DNA of 64,000 bases, from the NCBI GenBank assembly GCA_964016885.1, contig OZ024741.1:12338001-12402000 (forward strand). Direction: 5' to 3'. The position numbers and the translations under genes were made by a program. Of the stretch, positions 44,826 to 55,633 are shown piece by piece. Each line of letters opens with the position of its first letter. Positions within the stretch are counted from its first letter, which is position 1. The notes beneath the pieces were generated by a model. It saw nothing but the letters and a program-made list of their open reading frames with translations, was not told the DNA's origin and did no database searches. Source of the DNA: Eledone cirrhosa. Its lineage: Eukaryota.

Positions 44826-45410
44826 CACGAGGTGGGTCAGAAAAGTTCCAGGACTGATATCATATTTCAAATCCAAACTTCACACTAAGAGTTTTCTCCT
44901 TCAAAGTAATCCCCCTGGAGTCTAATGCACTTTTCCATCCTTTTATGCCACGCTTGCATGCACTCCTGGAAGGATTCTTCCGGGATCCTCCGCAGTTCCG
45001 TCGTCACGGCCTTTTTGATGTCATCCATGTCTTCAAAACGGGTCTCCCCCTGGTCGTACTCGAAGATACATGAGTCATCACTGGTGATGACTGTCCCTAG
45101 CAAGTCTGGTTCGGTTTCAAGACGCTCGAGGATGTCCTGCCACACTTGCATGCGTCGACCCTTCTGGTCATCGTTCAGCAGTTTTGACACCATCTTCGCG
45201 CAGACTTTCCGCATGTCCAAATCTTCAGTGAGAATCTTCCAGACACTGTCCCGATTCATGCTCAGCTCATTTGCCATCAGTCGAACAGTCAGCCGACGAT
45301 CGCTACGCGCCATCTGCCTGACACGCTCAACGTTGACGTTGACCTCAGTCCTGGTTGTTGAGGGCCTTCTGCTCCTGGGGTCATCTTCCACATCCTCGCG
45401 TCCTTCTTAA
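44826..45410 (-). mobile_element. Mariner transposon remnant with internally deleted transposase
   Basis: DDPRSRRPST, SDRRLTVR, RKVCAKMVSKLL, VITSDDSCIFEYD fused to RFEDMDDIK...CIRLQGDYFE. TIR-like CACGAGGTGGGTCAGAAAAGTTCCAGGACT next to TA at 44826. Confidence 0.9.
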
Positions 45411-45578
45411 AGATGTGGGTTCGACTCCCATGTACGTCAATACTCATTTTTTTCCATTTCTCCGAGAGTTCTTAACCCCACTATCAGGCTAAATAATTTC
45501 TTTAATTTCTTTAGTCAAAATACGGCGATAGCTTACATTTCTAATAATTTCAAACCCACTCGCTGTTTCGAAAATATT

Positions 45579-45611
<33 letters not shown>

Positions 45612-45612
<1 letters not shown>

Positions 45613-45901
45613 CGTTTCTGAATTTGTTTAGCAAGATTTTTTATCTGAAATCGTGTGTTGAAACCGATATTGTTATACTTTGGGAGGGTCATGTTGCCAA
45701 TCACTGAAGAGGTCACAGAGTGTGTGACGAAAGGACTATGACTATATATAAACAACTATCTGGTTGTGGAACCAACCAACCAACCAGAAATTTATAAGTT
45801 TGTAAATTTGTAAATTTATAAATTTATAAATATATAATAAATTGAAGTGAAAGCAACTGGTGCGTGTGTTTCTTATTGGCAACATGACCCTCCCAAAGTA
45901 T

Positions 45902-45909
<8 letters not shown>
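45612..45909 (+). mobile_element. Penelope-like pLTR fragment with inverted 5' cap
   Basis: 35-bp inverted arms at 45667-45701 and 45875-45909, a hammerhead-like core between them, homology to 53890-54020, and (TA)n on both sides. Confidence 0.65.
45699..45743 (+). ncRNA. Minimal hammerhead ribozyme-like motif (imperfect)
   Basis: TCA-CTGAAGA-G-GTCAC-agagtgt-GTGAC-GAAA-GGAC-TA-TGA. Confidence 0.55.
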
Positions 45910-45997
<88 letters not shown>

Positions 45998-46935
45998 CAC
46001 CTTGATATATATATATATCCTAAACGGACGGTAGTCCGTTTAGTAATATTGTTGTGGTCGTGTTTTCGTTGGCAATCGTCTGTTTACGACAGTACAGCGC
46101 GGCTCTACTTTATTTAACTGAGATAAAACTTATATGAGCATGAACAGTAGATCATTACGCATCTTTTGGCTTAAAAATCTAGAAATTTGGTCCAGCGGGA
46201 AAAAGTTTATTATTGCTGATAAATCTTGTGTTCAAGTGAGTGAGTAGTAAGCGTGACGCTAGGGGAGGTAATCCAGAAATGACGAATTTTTTCGGCGGAA
46301 CTCTTGTGATTGTGATTACGTTAGTCAAATGTAGTCAAATCGCCGAATCCCCTCCTCCTAATTGACTACGTCATTTCTGAACGGCCCTACTTACGTCAGT
46401 GTGAAACATTACTACACTTTTCACTGCTAAAATGCTTTTTAAATACTTCGTTAAAAATTTATGTTTATTATCAAAGCTATTTTTTGTACCAATCTATCAA
46501 TAGTTTGCGAAAATATAGGTAAACATGTGAGTTAAATTTTTTTTAATCGCATTGATCGCTTTGTCGCACCGACTGTGACACTGTCTGACTGTCTGTCTGA
46601 CTGACACCTTTGTCGGACCGACACCTTTGTTCAAGCGGACAACTTTGTGTCACTGACACCTTTGTTCGTGCCGGCATCTCTGCGAAACACCGATGACAAC
46701 AACCAGACCAAAATGTCACTTCATTCTTCTTCAAGACCGATAGCCGACCGATCGTATCGGTTGCTCTTCATATACCAGGTATTCAACAGATAGTTTGCAC
46801 TTCTAGTATTATTAACAGTCGTGCGATTTGTTGTACCAATAGGTGCGAATAGTACGCTATATTTTTGTACCGATAGGTGCGAATCGTGTACAATATTTTC
46901 TGAGATTTGCATCCACTAATTTCGCTTAATTAAAA

Positions 46936-47727
46936 ATGATGTTTCGCGGCTTTTTGATCGGCTTATTCATTTTTTCCATGGCACGGAAATGGAGTATTTC
47001 CATTTCGAATCAAAACATTTCACTAAAATCGGGCAATTGGACTGATCAAATTCACATTCATGCCAGTTTTTACAAATCCATAATTAGAAATGTGGCGAAA
47101 TCGAATGACCAGAAGGTATAAAAATATTAATTCAAATGTATTTACTTATCATACCAACAAAAAACTTAGATATTTTGTATACCTGGGGTCCGTCAGGGCC
47201 AGGTAATGTTAATCGCCAACATTGTTATCTGTTGTCTTTTTGTGAAAGTATTGGTGGTTCATGTCGGCTCTAATGATCTGAATCCTCGTCGCACCGTTGG
47301 CACTACAAAGCTGTGCAAAGTAATACAATAATTTTTGCCCAAGTATTTTTTATTAATCATTTAATTTTAAATTAAGGACAAAGTGCCCATTTGAGGCACA
47401 AAACCGGAAAAACAGGGGAAGAGTCTCTTTGCAAGGCTACAGAAAATAGCGGAAAAGCACCACTGTACACCCATTTTCTACAGTGGTGTCATTCCACGTC
47501 CACAAAGTGTAATTGAAAATAAAAATGACTTGGGCAAGAGAAATTCTCGTTTGGAAAAGTTTAATTACTGCATGAAAGAAATGATTCAAAAATTGAACTT
47601 GCCCAATCTTCACATTGAAAATTGGCCAAAATTTGACAAATCTGACTTCAAACCAGATATGATTCATTTGAACAATGTTGGAAATCTTAAATTGACACAA
47701 ATCTTTGCCAATGTTTTTGCCACCTGA
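46936..47727 (+). pseudogene. SGNH/GDSL hydrolase-like gene with short introns, probably TE-borne
   Basis: Exons ~46936-47115 (YKSIIRNV), 47170-47319 (IPG...VLVVHVGSNDL) and 47416 or 47377 to 47727 (IFYSGVIPR...DMIHLNNVGNLKL). Phase-0 GT-AG introns. AATAAA at 47765. Confidence 0.7.
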
Positions 47728-47907
47728 TCCTTGTTCTATGGCTGACTGACTAATTTTGTGACTTAATAAAATGTCATCATACTATTAATGCACAATGGTC
47801 ATTTTTAAATTTAAATTTTATTAAATAGTTGTTGCTTGCATTGCCTTAAAATAGTAACAAGAATGTACACATACTTTTTAAAAATACATCATTATCAGTC
47901 AAATAAG

Positions 47908-48267
47908 TCAAATGTCACTAAAAGCCAGGTGGTCGATAACAACTTCTATAAGATTAGTTACATGCTCACACATTGGATCACCTCTCATCAATGGCATTGG
48001 GTGTCTGAGATAATCGTGGAGATAACTGATGAAGTCACAAATGAAGTGATGGTCTTCCAGTGTGAACAACTCCCTATATCCATTGATATATGTGATGGCT
48101 TCCGATTCATAGGTGTATTTTATGAGGAATTCCATGCATCCGATTTTCAGTGATTCAATGGGCATTTTATCAGAAATGATAAGGTATTTGACCAGGTTTT
48201 GCTTTGTAAGTAAATTGGAGAGAATCACTGCAGTCAAAGTCATTTCTTTGCATGGGTTTTTGTCCAT
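47908..48267 (-). CDS. Exon/ORF resembling the BACK helical region of SPOP-type BTB proteins
   Basis: LSNLLTKQNLVKYLIISDKMPIESLKIGCMEFL...INGYREL, preceded by an acceptor-like TTTTTAG. Confidence 0.45.
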   Translation of the reverse strand: MDKNPCKEMTLTAVILSNLLTKQNLVKYLIISDKMPIESLKIGCMEFLIKYTYESEAITYINGYRELFTLEDHHFICDFISYLHDYLRHPMPLMRGDPMCEHVTNLIEVVIDHLAFSDI

Positions 48268-48589
48268 TCTAAAAAGTTAAAATGATAAAGTATTACTACT
48301 ATATAACTTACATCTATTATTGTAACACCATTGAAATGCACAAGTTTCACCAATTCACTATTATGCACTAATCATCTCAAATGCATTCATGATTTACTAG
48401 CTTTGTCATTAAGCCAGTTTCCTCAACTAGATTGCAATTATACTCAAAAGAACTTTAAAATGTCAATCACTTGTCAGTAATTCACTATGATCATTTAATT
48501 ATTAGATAGTTGTTGCTTGCATTGCCTTAAAAAATAGTAGACCAGATAGAAAAATGTGTACAGCAAAAAAAAGTAATATTGTTGGAATA

Positions 48590-48722
48590 TAAACCTTTAA
48601 AAATACAGGACAAGAAACTAAAATAAAACTTTAAAAGAATAGGAGAAGAAACTAAGATAAAACTTTAAAAGAATAGGACAAGAAACTAAGATAAAACTTT
48701 AAAGAATTGGACAAGAAATAAA
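48590..48722. repeat. ~33-bp tandem repeat, ~4 copies
   Basis: AAACTTTAAAAGAATAGGACAAGAAACTAAGATA repeated. Confidence 0.85.
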
Positions 48723-49478
48723 AAAATTTACAATAATATTAGTGGCAAAATTTTTTTATTCGTTTCCTGTGCTATGCCCCAGTATCTTCTTGATTAGTGC
48801 ATAATAATTGTCATGCTCTCATTGTTCGTTGCCCCTGAGCGGTTGGTTCTGGTTGGGGTTGGTTGGCTGAGCAGTTCTGCTCCGTCAGAATGACCATTGC
48901 AAGAAGAATTGGCCGATGCAGCTGCAGGTCTCCTCCCAGAATGCACTTCTGGTCCCGCAACACCAGACGAAGATGGAGAAGACGACCGGGACAAGATGTC
49001 AACTCTGACCACCGACTATGGCACCTCCCTCAACCATCGGTCCTCCCTCCCTCTGTCCCGTCATCCTTCCAGTCCTCCTGCTCCCCCTTCCTGTACCAGA
49101 AATCTGTGGCACGCATTCATCTGGACTGCCGGACTTGAACTCAAGGACAAGATGCAAGGAGAAGATGGACGGGTTGGTCAAGATCAAGGATGAGCGGGAC
49201 AAGACCGTCCGCTGCTGCTCAAGATCAGTGCTCATGGGCCCATGGGTCCATTCACATTATGCATGACACATGAGGCGTGTCGCCGAATGATGAAATAGGG
49301 GTATGGTTATGGCCCAATTGGTGTTCAAACCAGGATCAAATGATCCCCCCGGTCTGGCGACGACCTCTGAATGTGGAACCCAGAGCCTATGAATGTGGAA
49401 CTCGATTTTTTACCAATAAAAATTTTGCCACTAATATTATTGTAAAATTTTTTATTTCTTGTCCAATTCTTTAAAGTT
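48694..49478. repeat. ~65-bp inverted repeat (48694-48760 / 49415-49478) around a GC-richer coding-like segment
   Basis: AACTTTAAAGAATTGGACAAGAAATAAAAAAATTTACAATAATATTAGTGGCAAAATTTT and its reverse complement. Confidence 0.85.
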
Positions 49479-49589
49479 ATATACATGTATATATCATGTA
49501 TATATCATGTAGATATGTATATATAATATATATATATATATAAATACATTATGTATATATGTATGTCTATATATGTATATATCTATATC

Positions 49590-49620
<31 letters not shown>

Positions 49621-49820
49621 GACATATATAGACATACATATATACATAATGTATTTTTATATATATAAATAACCGTCGAAACGGGTTGCGCTCTGCCGTC
49701 GGGGTCATACTTTTTCCTATTTCCCACTCTAGAAGATGGTTCGATAAGGATTATATATATATATAAATATATATAAAAACAGTAGAGCAAATATTTATTA
49801 AACTTTAATCTGTTATTTTA

Positions 49821-49901
<81 letters not shown>

Positions 49902-50065
49902 TGTGCGTGTGTGTGTGTGTGTGCGTGTGTGTGTGTGTTTGCGTGTGTGTGTGTGTGTGTGTGTTTAAAATGAAGGAAAACCAATATTAACAACTTAAAC
50001 CCATTCTTTAATTCAATTCCTACGTACTCTGAATATCTTCAGGAATTACAAAAAGGTTTAAAGTT

Positions 50066-50240
50066 TGCCTGCCTCATCTCATCCTCATATCTGAGCGTCG
50101 GGGGTCATGGACTTATGGATCAGCACTCTCCATCTTTTCCTGTCTCTTACAATTGCCATACATTCCACCAAACTCCTTCCTGTTCATTCCCTAATATCAT
50201 CTGTCCATCTCCTTTTCTGTCGTCCCCTGGCCCTTTTCTC
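50066..50240 (-). mobile_element. RTE (BovB-like) LINE 3' end fragment
   Basis: Minus strand reads KRARGRQKRRWTDDIRE*TGRSLVECMAIVRDRKRWRVLI. Confidence 0.8.
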
Positions 50241-51881
50241 TTGTATTAAAATTTAACCAAATTCAAATTATAACAATAGATACAATATCAAATTCTGGAC
50301 GTTTCCAGGCATAAAATTGACTGAACATGAAATGGCCAAGTTGTAAATATAAAAGTGCAGGTACAAACCAAAGAAAAGGGCAATTAACACAATATGGAAT
50401 CTGGAATGGTTTATATCGAGAGTTTTCTTTATCTCCACATTACCAGTGGTTTCATGACGTAAACATGTCTGCCATACACTATGTCTTGATTGCTCTTTCC
50501 TTTCGTATCTGCCCGCACCCGTACAACTGCTGAAACTATTGTCTTGAAACAGCTGATAATGCGGAAATAACCCAATATATGTGGTTATTTATTTGTCAGA
50601 ACTCTTTAGTTACATATACTGTAACCTTCTCAATGACTTTCTCCTTTGTGTTTTCTCTTCGATTTGATTTTGTTTTATTTGCCCCATCTTGTATTTCCCT
50701 GTGGTGGCTGCAGTATGCGTGTTTTATTTAAATATGTATGTACTGTAAGAGGAAAATTACTCAGTAATTTTTTATAAATAAATAAATAAAGATACTTTTA
50801 ATGAAACAGAGAGAAAGTGGCGTCAAGTAACTTTCAATCCCCAACTAACTTACCCTCTGGATCCCAGTCGATATAATGGAGAATATATTACCCTGGAGGA
50901 TGTCGAAGGAGTGGTACTGGTTTAGCCAATACACCTGAAGAGGTTCGGACCTGCGGGCGACCAACTCCGCTCCGATGTTCTGTTAGTTCGTGTTTAGGTA
51001 TAATATGTGTTGTGTTCTGTTTCATAAAGTTTTAGAGAACATAAAACGATATTAGAGCGAATATTTTTCTAAACTATATATAAGTCCTCAAAGAGAATTC
51101 TAGAAGATTAGCTATGGAAGATTTCATAATAGTTTTGAATGGAACTGCGGGTTCGATGGTGATTGTTCCAGTTGTTCGATTAAAGGATCAACCTACTCAT
51201 GACATTAAGGTATAAGTAGTTGAGCATTGCACAAGCACGTGTATACCAACAGTTAAACACTAGCCAAAAATCAACACACGTTGATGTAATATGAATGTAA
51301 CTGAGTCAACATTTAAAATAGTTTGATATAGGTGGCACAATAAAGTGTAGCGCCACACTAAAATGTACACACAGTTATGAAATCTTTGTTATATTGTATT
51401 TCTGTTGATATGACGTTGTTTTATTTCATTTTTTATACCAGCGTCTTACCAACAGAAATTTTAATTCAGTAGTTCGGGCTAGCCTTAAATTCATGGTACT
51501 CCCTTTTTACCGTGCGAAACTGTGTCAGGTTAGAAGGAAGCTGATGAGGTCATTACTACGCTATAGTTATATATTTCTCTTTGGCTTACATTCTTCATCC
51601 TTTCTCCACTGTTTTTACTGTTTCGTAATTCTCCAAAATGAAAGGATTTGAACTCGCAACGTAAAGGTAGAAATAAAGTCATAAGCAGACTAAAAGTGAG
51701 AAACAGACACACACACACATACACACACGCACACATAAACAAACACACACACATAAACAAACACAGGCACGAACACATACACACAAACAAACAAACACTC
51801 GCACACATGTATAGATATGTGTGTGTGCGCAAGTGCGTGGGTATCCGTACACACACACACACACACATATATAGATATGTA

Positions 51882-51921
<40 letters not shown>

Positions 51922-52060
51922 AATATAAATATATATATATATTTATAAGTTGAAAAAAATGAAAACGAAATTTCATTTCTCACTCTTAGTATTGCACTTA
52001 CTTAAATGTAAGTATGTGTGTATACGTACATACATATATGTATACAGACGTACAGTAGCA

Positions 52061-52146
<86 letters not shown>

Positions 52147-52309
52147 TACATATATACATACAGGTACACATACATATATGCACGCATCAGTGTAGCGGAC
52201 GCTTATTATAACGCCGCTTTGTTCGTTTGTCAACAAACTGAACAGCCTGAATTTATGCCATACGGTGTTAAGGCAACCACGTCACCTTTTGGTTCAACAC
52301 TGACACAGG

Positions 52310-52354
52310 AACGATGTACTAGTTTCAAGCTTGTTAGCTATCATCAGCACCGTT
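52310..52354 (-). ncRNA. Minimal type I hammerhead ribozyme
   Basis: Exact reverse complement of 52822-52866. Confidence 0.85.
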
Positions 52355-52519
52355 TACCCATCTGCCAGATAGTTGAACGTTCGAAAGTATATACTTAACA
52401 CCGTATGGCATAAATTCAGGCTGTTCAGTTTGTTGACAAACGAACAAAGCGGCGTTATAATAAGCGTCCGCTACACTGATGCGTGCATATATGTATGTGT
52501 ACCTGTATGTATATATGTA

Positions 52520-52587
<68 letters not shown>

Positions 52588-52821
52588 TGCTACTGTACGT
52601 CTGTATACATATATGTATGTACGTATACACACATACTTACATTTAAGTAAGTGCCATACTAAGAGTGAGAAATGAAATTTCGTTTTCATTTTTTTCAACT
52701 TATCGTTTTCGGTATGCCTGACCGATTTAACTCACTCAATATGCAAATTAGGCTGCTCAGCCGTTAATTTTCATAAGGAAAGTATATACTTTCGAACGTT
52801 CAACTATCTGGCAGATGGGTA

Positions 52822-52866
52822 AACGGTGCTGATGATAGCTAACAAGCTTGAAACTAGTACATCGTT
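52822..52866 (+). ncRNA. Minimal type I hammerhead ribozyme
   Basis: AACGGTG-CTGATGA-T-AGCT-aaca-AGCT-T-GAAA-CTAG-TA-CATCGTT. 7-bp stem I and palindromic ACTAGT stem III. Confidence 0.85.
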
Positions 52867-52970
52867 CCTGTGTCAGTGATGAACAAAAAGGTGACGTGGT
52901 TGCCTTAACACCGTATGGCATAAATTCAGGCTGTTCAGTTTGTTGACAAACGAACAAAGCGGCGTTATAA

Positions 52971-54020
52971 TATTCTGTGTCTTTTATATCGGTAATTTAA
53001 TTTATTCGGTCCTCAATGTTGCCATTGACTGACCAACGGTTAAAAACACAGATACAATATAGACACAAACACATATATATAGTTTATCAAAGTTCTCTCG
53101 TTGCACATCTGCAGCATCGTCAGTGGTGCTATTGTTTCTATGTATTTTCTACGCCATCTTTATTTAGTCTGTTTATATATATATATATATATATTTTTTT
53201 TTGTCTCCTTTGCGCATGCGTTTGCGTGTGTGTATAGTGTTTTGTTTGATGTGTGTTCGTGATTGGGTGACTGTGTATTGGTTAATGTATTCTATCTTTA
53301 CTAGTGTGTGTTTATATGTGTTTGTTGTTATTGTGCTTGTGTATGTATTTATTTATTTATTTTTTCTATTTATTTATTTATTTATTTATACTTCTCTTAA
53401 GTCAGTGTTGTTTGTTTGAGTGTTGTTGTTATTCCATTCATTTTTTCTGTTTAGCCTTGGCCTTCTAAGTTCTATTTCACTGGCCTCTCTGATTTGCCTA
53501 TCTGCTGGGTCATTTCTATGTTTAGATATTATTCTAATTTCTATGTTGTCTATGTTACCGTGGTGTTGTTGTCTGGCATGTTCGTATAGTACTGAACCTT
53601 TTTTTCGTCCTTTTAGTTGCCCCCAGTGTTGGTCAATCCTTTCACCTATGGTACGAGCTGTCTCGCCTATGTATGTTGTTGTCATATTTCTGCAAGTACC
53701 CTCTGTACATCTTATGCTATAGACTACGTTTCTAGTTTTACAGTTTATCCGGGGGTTTACCTTACATATAATACATTTCCTATTAGTACAGTGGGTTTTC
53801 TTAAGAAAACCCACTTTTGACCGTTGGTCAGTCAATGGCAACATTGAGGACCGAATAAATTAAATTACCGATATAAAAGACACAGAAGCGAGAAGCGAAA
53901 ACCAACGAAACAGTGAGTGTGTTCTGTTATTAATTATGGCAATATTACACAAATATGACCCTCCCCAAGTATAACAATATTTGTTTCAACACACGATTTC
54001 ATATCAAAAACCTCGCAAAA
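52971..54020 (-). mobile_element. 5'-truncated Penelope-like element with inverted pLTR
   Basis: GIY-YIG ORF, degenerate hammerhead at ~53085-53127 (minus strand), and inverted arms 52973-53044 / 53815-53887. Confidence 0.88.
53386..53792 (-). CDS. Penelope-type GIY-YIG endonuclease C-terminal fragment
   Basis: CTNRKCIIC...NCKTRNVVYSIRC...YIGETARTIGERIDQH...YEH...RQIREASEIELRRPRLN. Confidence 0.9.
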
Positions 54021-54235
54021 CTATATATATATATATATATACAGTACATGCATAAATATACAAATACACACACAAACATATATAATATATATATATATAT
54101 ACATGTAAAGTTATATTTAAAATTGTTGGGTTACAACTAGTAAATATTTATAACTGATATAAAAGCACTCGACAAATATTTGGAGTATATTTACAATATT
54201 AAATAAATGGAAAACTATATTTATAAAACCATATT

Positions 54236-54301
54236 TATTTCATTATATATATTTCGGGGATATCATATTAACAATATGCTATGCCTTCATCAGACAAAAT
54301 A
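54236..54301 (-). ncRNA. Type I hammerhead ribozyme
   Basis: Reverse complement of 54742-54807. Confidence 0.75.
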
Positions 54302-54741
54302 CAATATAAACAGTTTTATAGATAAATATATTCGACATACCGTAATAAACATCAACTTCATTTGAAGAGGTTCACTCTAGCAGTGAAAATACAGAGAGAA
54401 AGAAAGAGAGAGACTACCTAATTTTTCTATATCTATATTTATATATGTATCTATCTCTATTTCCTCTCTCTCTCTATATATATATATATCTCTTTCGGTC
54501 TCTTTACATGAAGCTCTTCGCTTTATCTATTTTTCCATCTCTCTATTTTGTCCCATTCATTTCTTCTTTTTCTTCTTTTTCTTCCTTTTCTTCGTTTTGT
54601 CTTTCTTTCTTTCTTATTTCCCTCTTTTCTCTCTCTTTTTCTTTCTCTCTGTATTTTCACTGCTAGAGTGAACCTCTTCAAATGAAGTTGATGTTTATTA
54701 CGGTATGTCGAATATATTTATCTATAAAACTGTTTATATTG

Positions 54742-54807
54742 TATTTTGTCTGATGAAGGCATAGCATATTGTTAATATGATATCCCCGAAATATATATAA
54801 TGAAATA
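54742..54807 (+). ncRNA. Type I hammerhead ribozyme
   Basis: TATTTTGT-CTGATGA-AGGCATAGCATATT-gtt-AATATGATATCCCC-GAAA-TATATA-TA-ATGAAATA. Confidence 0.75.
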
Positions 54808-54845
54808 AATATGGTTTTATAAATATAGTTTTCCATTTATTTAAT

Positions 54846-54903
<58 letters not shown>

Positions 54904-54914
54904 ATATTTTTCAG

Positions 54915-55152
54915 GGTATGTCAATATTTATTTATTTATAAAACTAATCTATATTATATTTTATCTCATGAAAACGCACCATAATCTGCCTTGGTGGCCC
55001 TTGAAATATGTATAATTAAATAAATATGGTTTTATAAATATAGTTTCCATTTGTTAATATATTGTATATTTACTCCAATAATTTGTTGAGTTCTTTACAT
55101 CAGTTATAAAAAGATTTTGCTTGTTGTATCCCAACAAATTAAATATAACCTC

Positions 55153-55157
<5 letters not shown>
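54915..55157 (+). mobile_element. Diverged copy of the same pLTR family with a mutated hammerhead (54957-55022)
   Basis: Aligns with 54702-54851 and the reverse complement of 54101-54190. Core reads CTCATGA...CACCA/TGGTG...GAAATATGTATA. Confidence 0.7.
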
Positions 55158-55231
<74 letters not shown>

Positions 55232-55375
55232 ATATATATATATATATGTGTAGGAGGTGAGTTTTATTGTAGTACAATAAAGCAATGCAGATATCGGATA
55301 AGTAGCAATCTACAGTTTGTAGGACTGGAGTATAAATAATATATAAGATCAAAAGATGGTTAAAAGAGTTCCATG

Positions 55376-55445
55376 TATTTTATTATGCGCATTTCAAAAA
55401 CAAATATCATCATGGATAACATTTGCGTTTTCGTCAGATAAAATA
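55376..55445 (-). ncRNA. Type I hammerhead ribozyme
   Basis: Mirror of 55564-55633. Confidence 0.85.
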
Positions 55446-55563
55446 GGGAGACATGATATGAAGGTTAAAAAACACTTGTGAATAGTGCAGTTTTAAATCA
55501 ACATATGTTGATTTAAAACTGCACTATTCACAAGTGTTTTTTAACCTTCATATCATGTCTCCC

Positions 55564-55633
55564 TATTTTATCTGACGAAAGCGCAAATGTTATCCATGAT
55601 GATATTTGTTTTTGAAATGCGCATAATAAAATA
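55564..55633 (+). ncRNA. Type I hammerhead ribozyme
   Basis: TATTTTAT-CTGACGA-AAGCGCAAATGTTATC-cat-GATGATATTTGTTTTT-GAAA-TGCGCA-TA-ATAAAATA. Perfect 8-bp stem I and palindromic ATGCGCAT stem III. Confidence 0.87.

Larger units (their letters stand above)
51944..52970. mobile_element. Penelope-like pLTR cluster: one inverted copy plus two partial tandem copies
   Basis: 52395-52702 is the reverse complement of 51944-52271. 52780-52970 is the reverse complement of 52205-52396. Contains a hammerhead motif. Confidence 0.8.
54101..54851. mobile_element. Penelope-like pLTR fold-back (arms ~54192-54413 and ~54628-54851)
   Basis: Near-identical inverted arms, CT-rich spacer, a hammerhead in each arm, (TA)n flanks. 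Confidence 0.8.

Noticed and set aside
45412-45432. GTGGGTTCGACTCCCA as a tRNA gene
   Set aside because: Only a T-arm/B-box fragment with no cloverleaf.
46020-46043. 10-bp-stem hairpin as a Helitron 3' terminus
   Set aside because: No CTRR end at the expected distance and no matching 5' end, so it is left unassigned.
49672-49745. GTCGAAACGG and CTAGAAGATGG as a permuted hammerhead
   Set aside because: Non-canonical core and no convincing stems I or III.
50930-50985. CTGAAGA-GGTTCGGACC as a hammerhead
   Set aside because: Stem II hairpin is present but there is no GAAA box or stem III.
51480-51552. CGAAACTGTGTCAGG with nearby CTGATGAG
   Set aside because: The upstream core box is missing and the downstream CTGATGA gives no consistent stems. 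At most a decayed motif.
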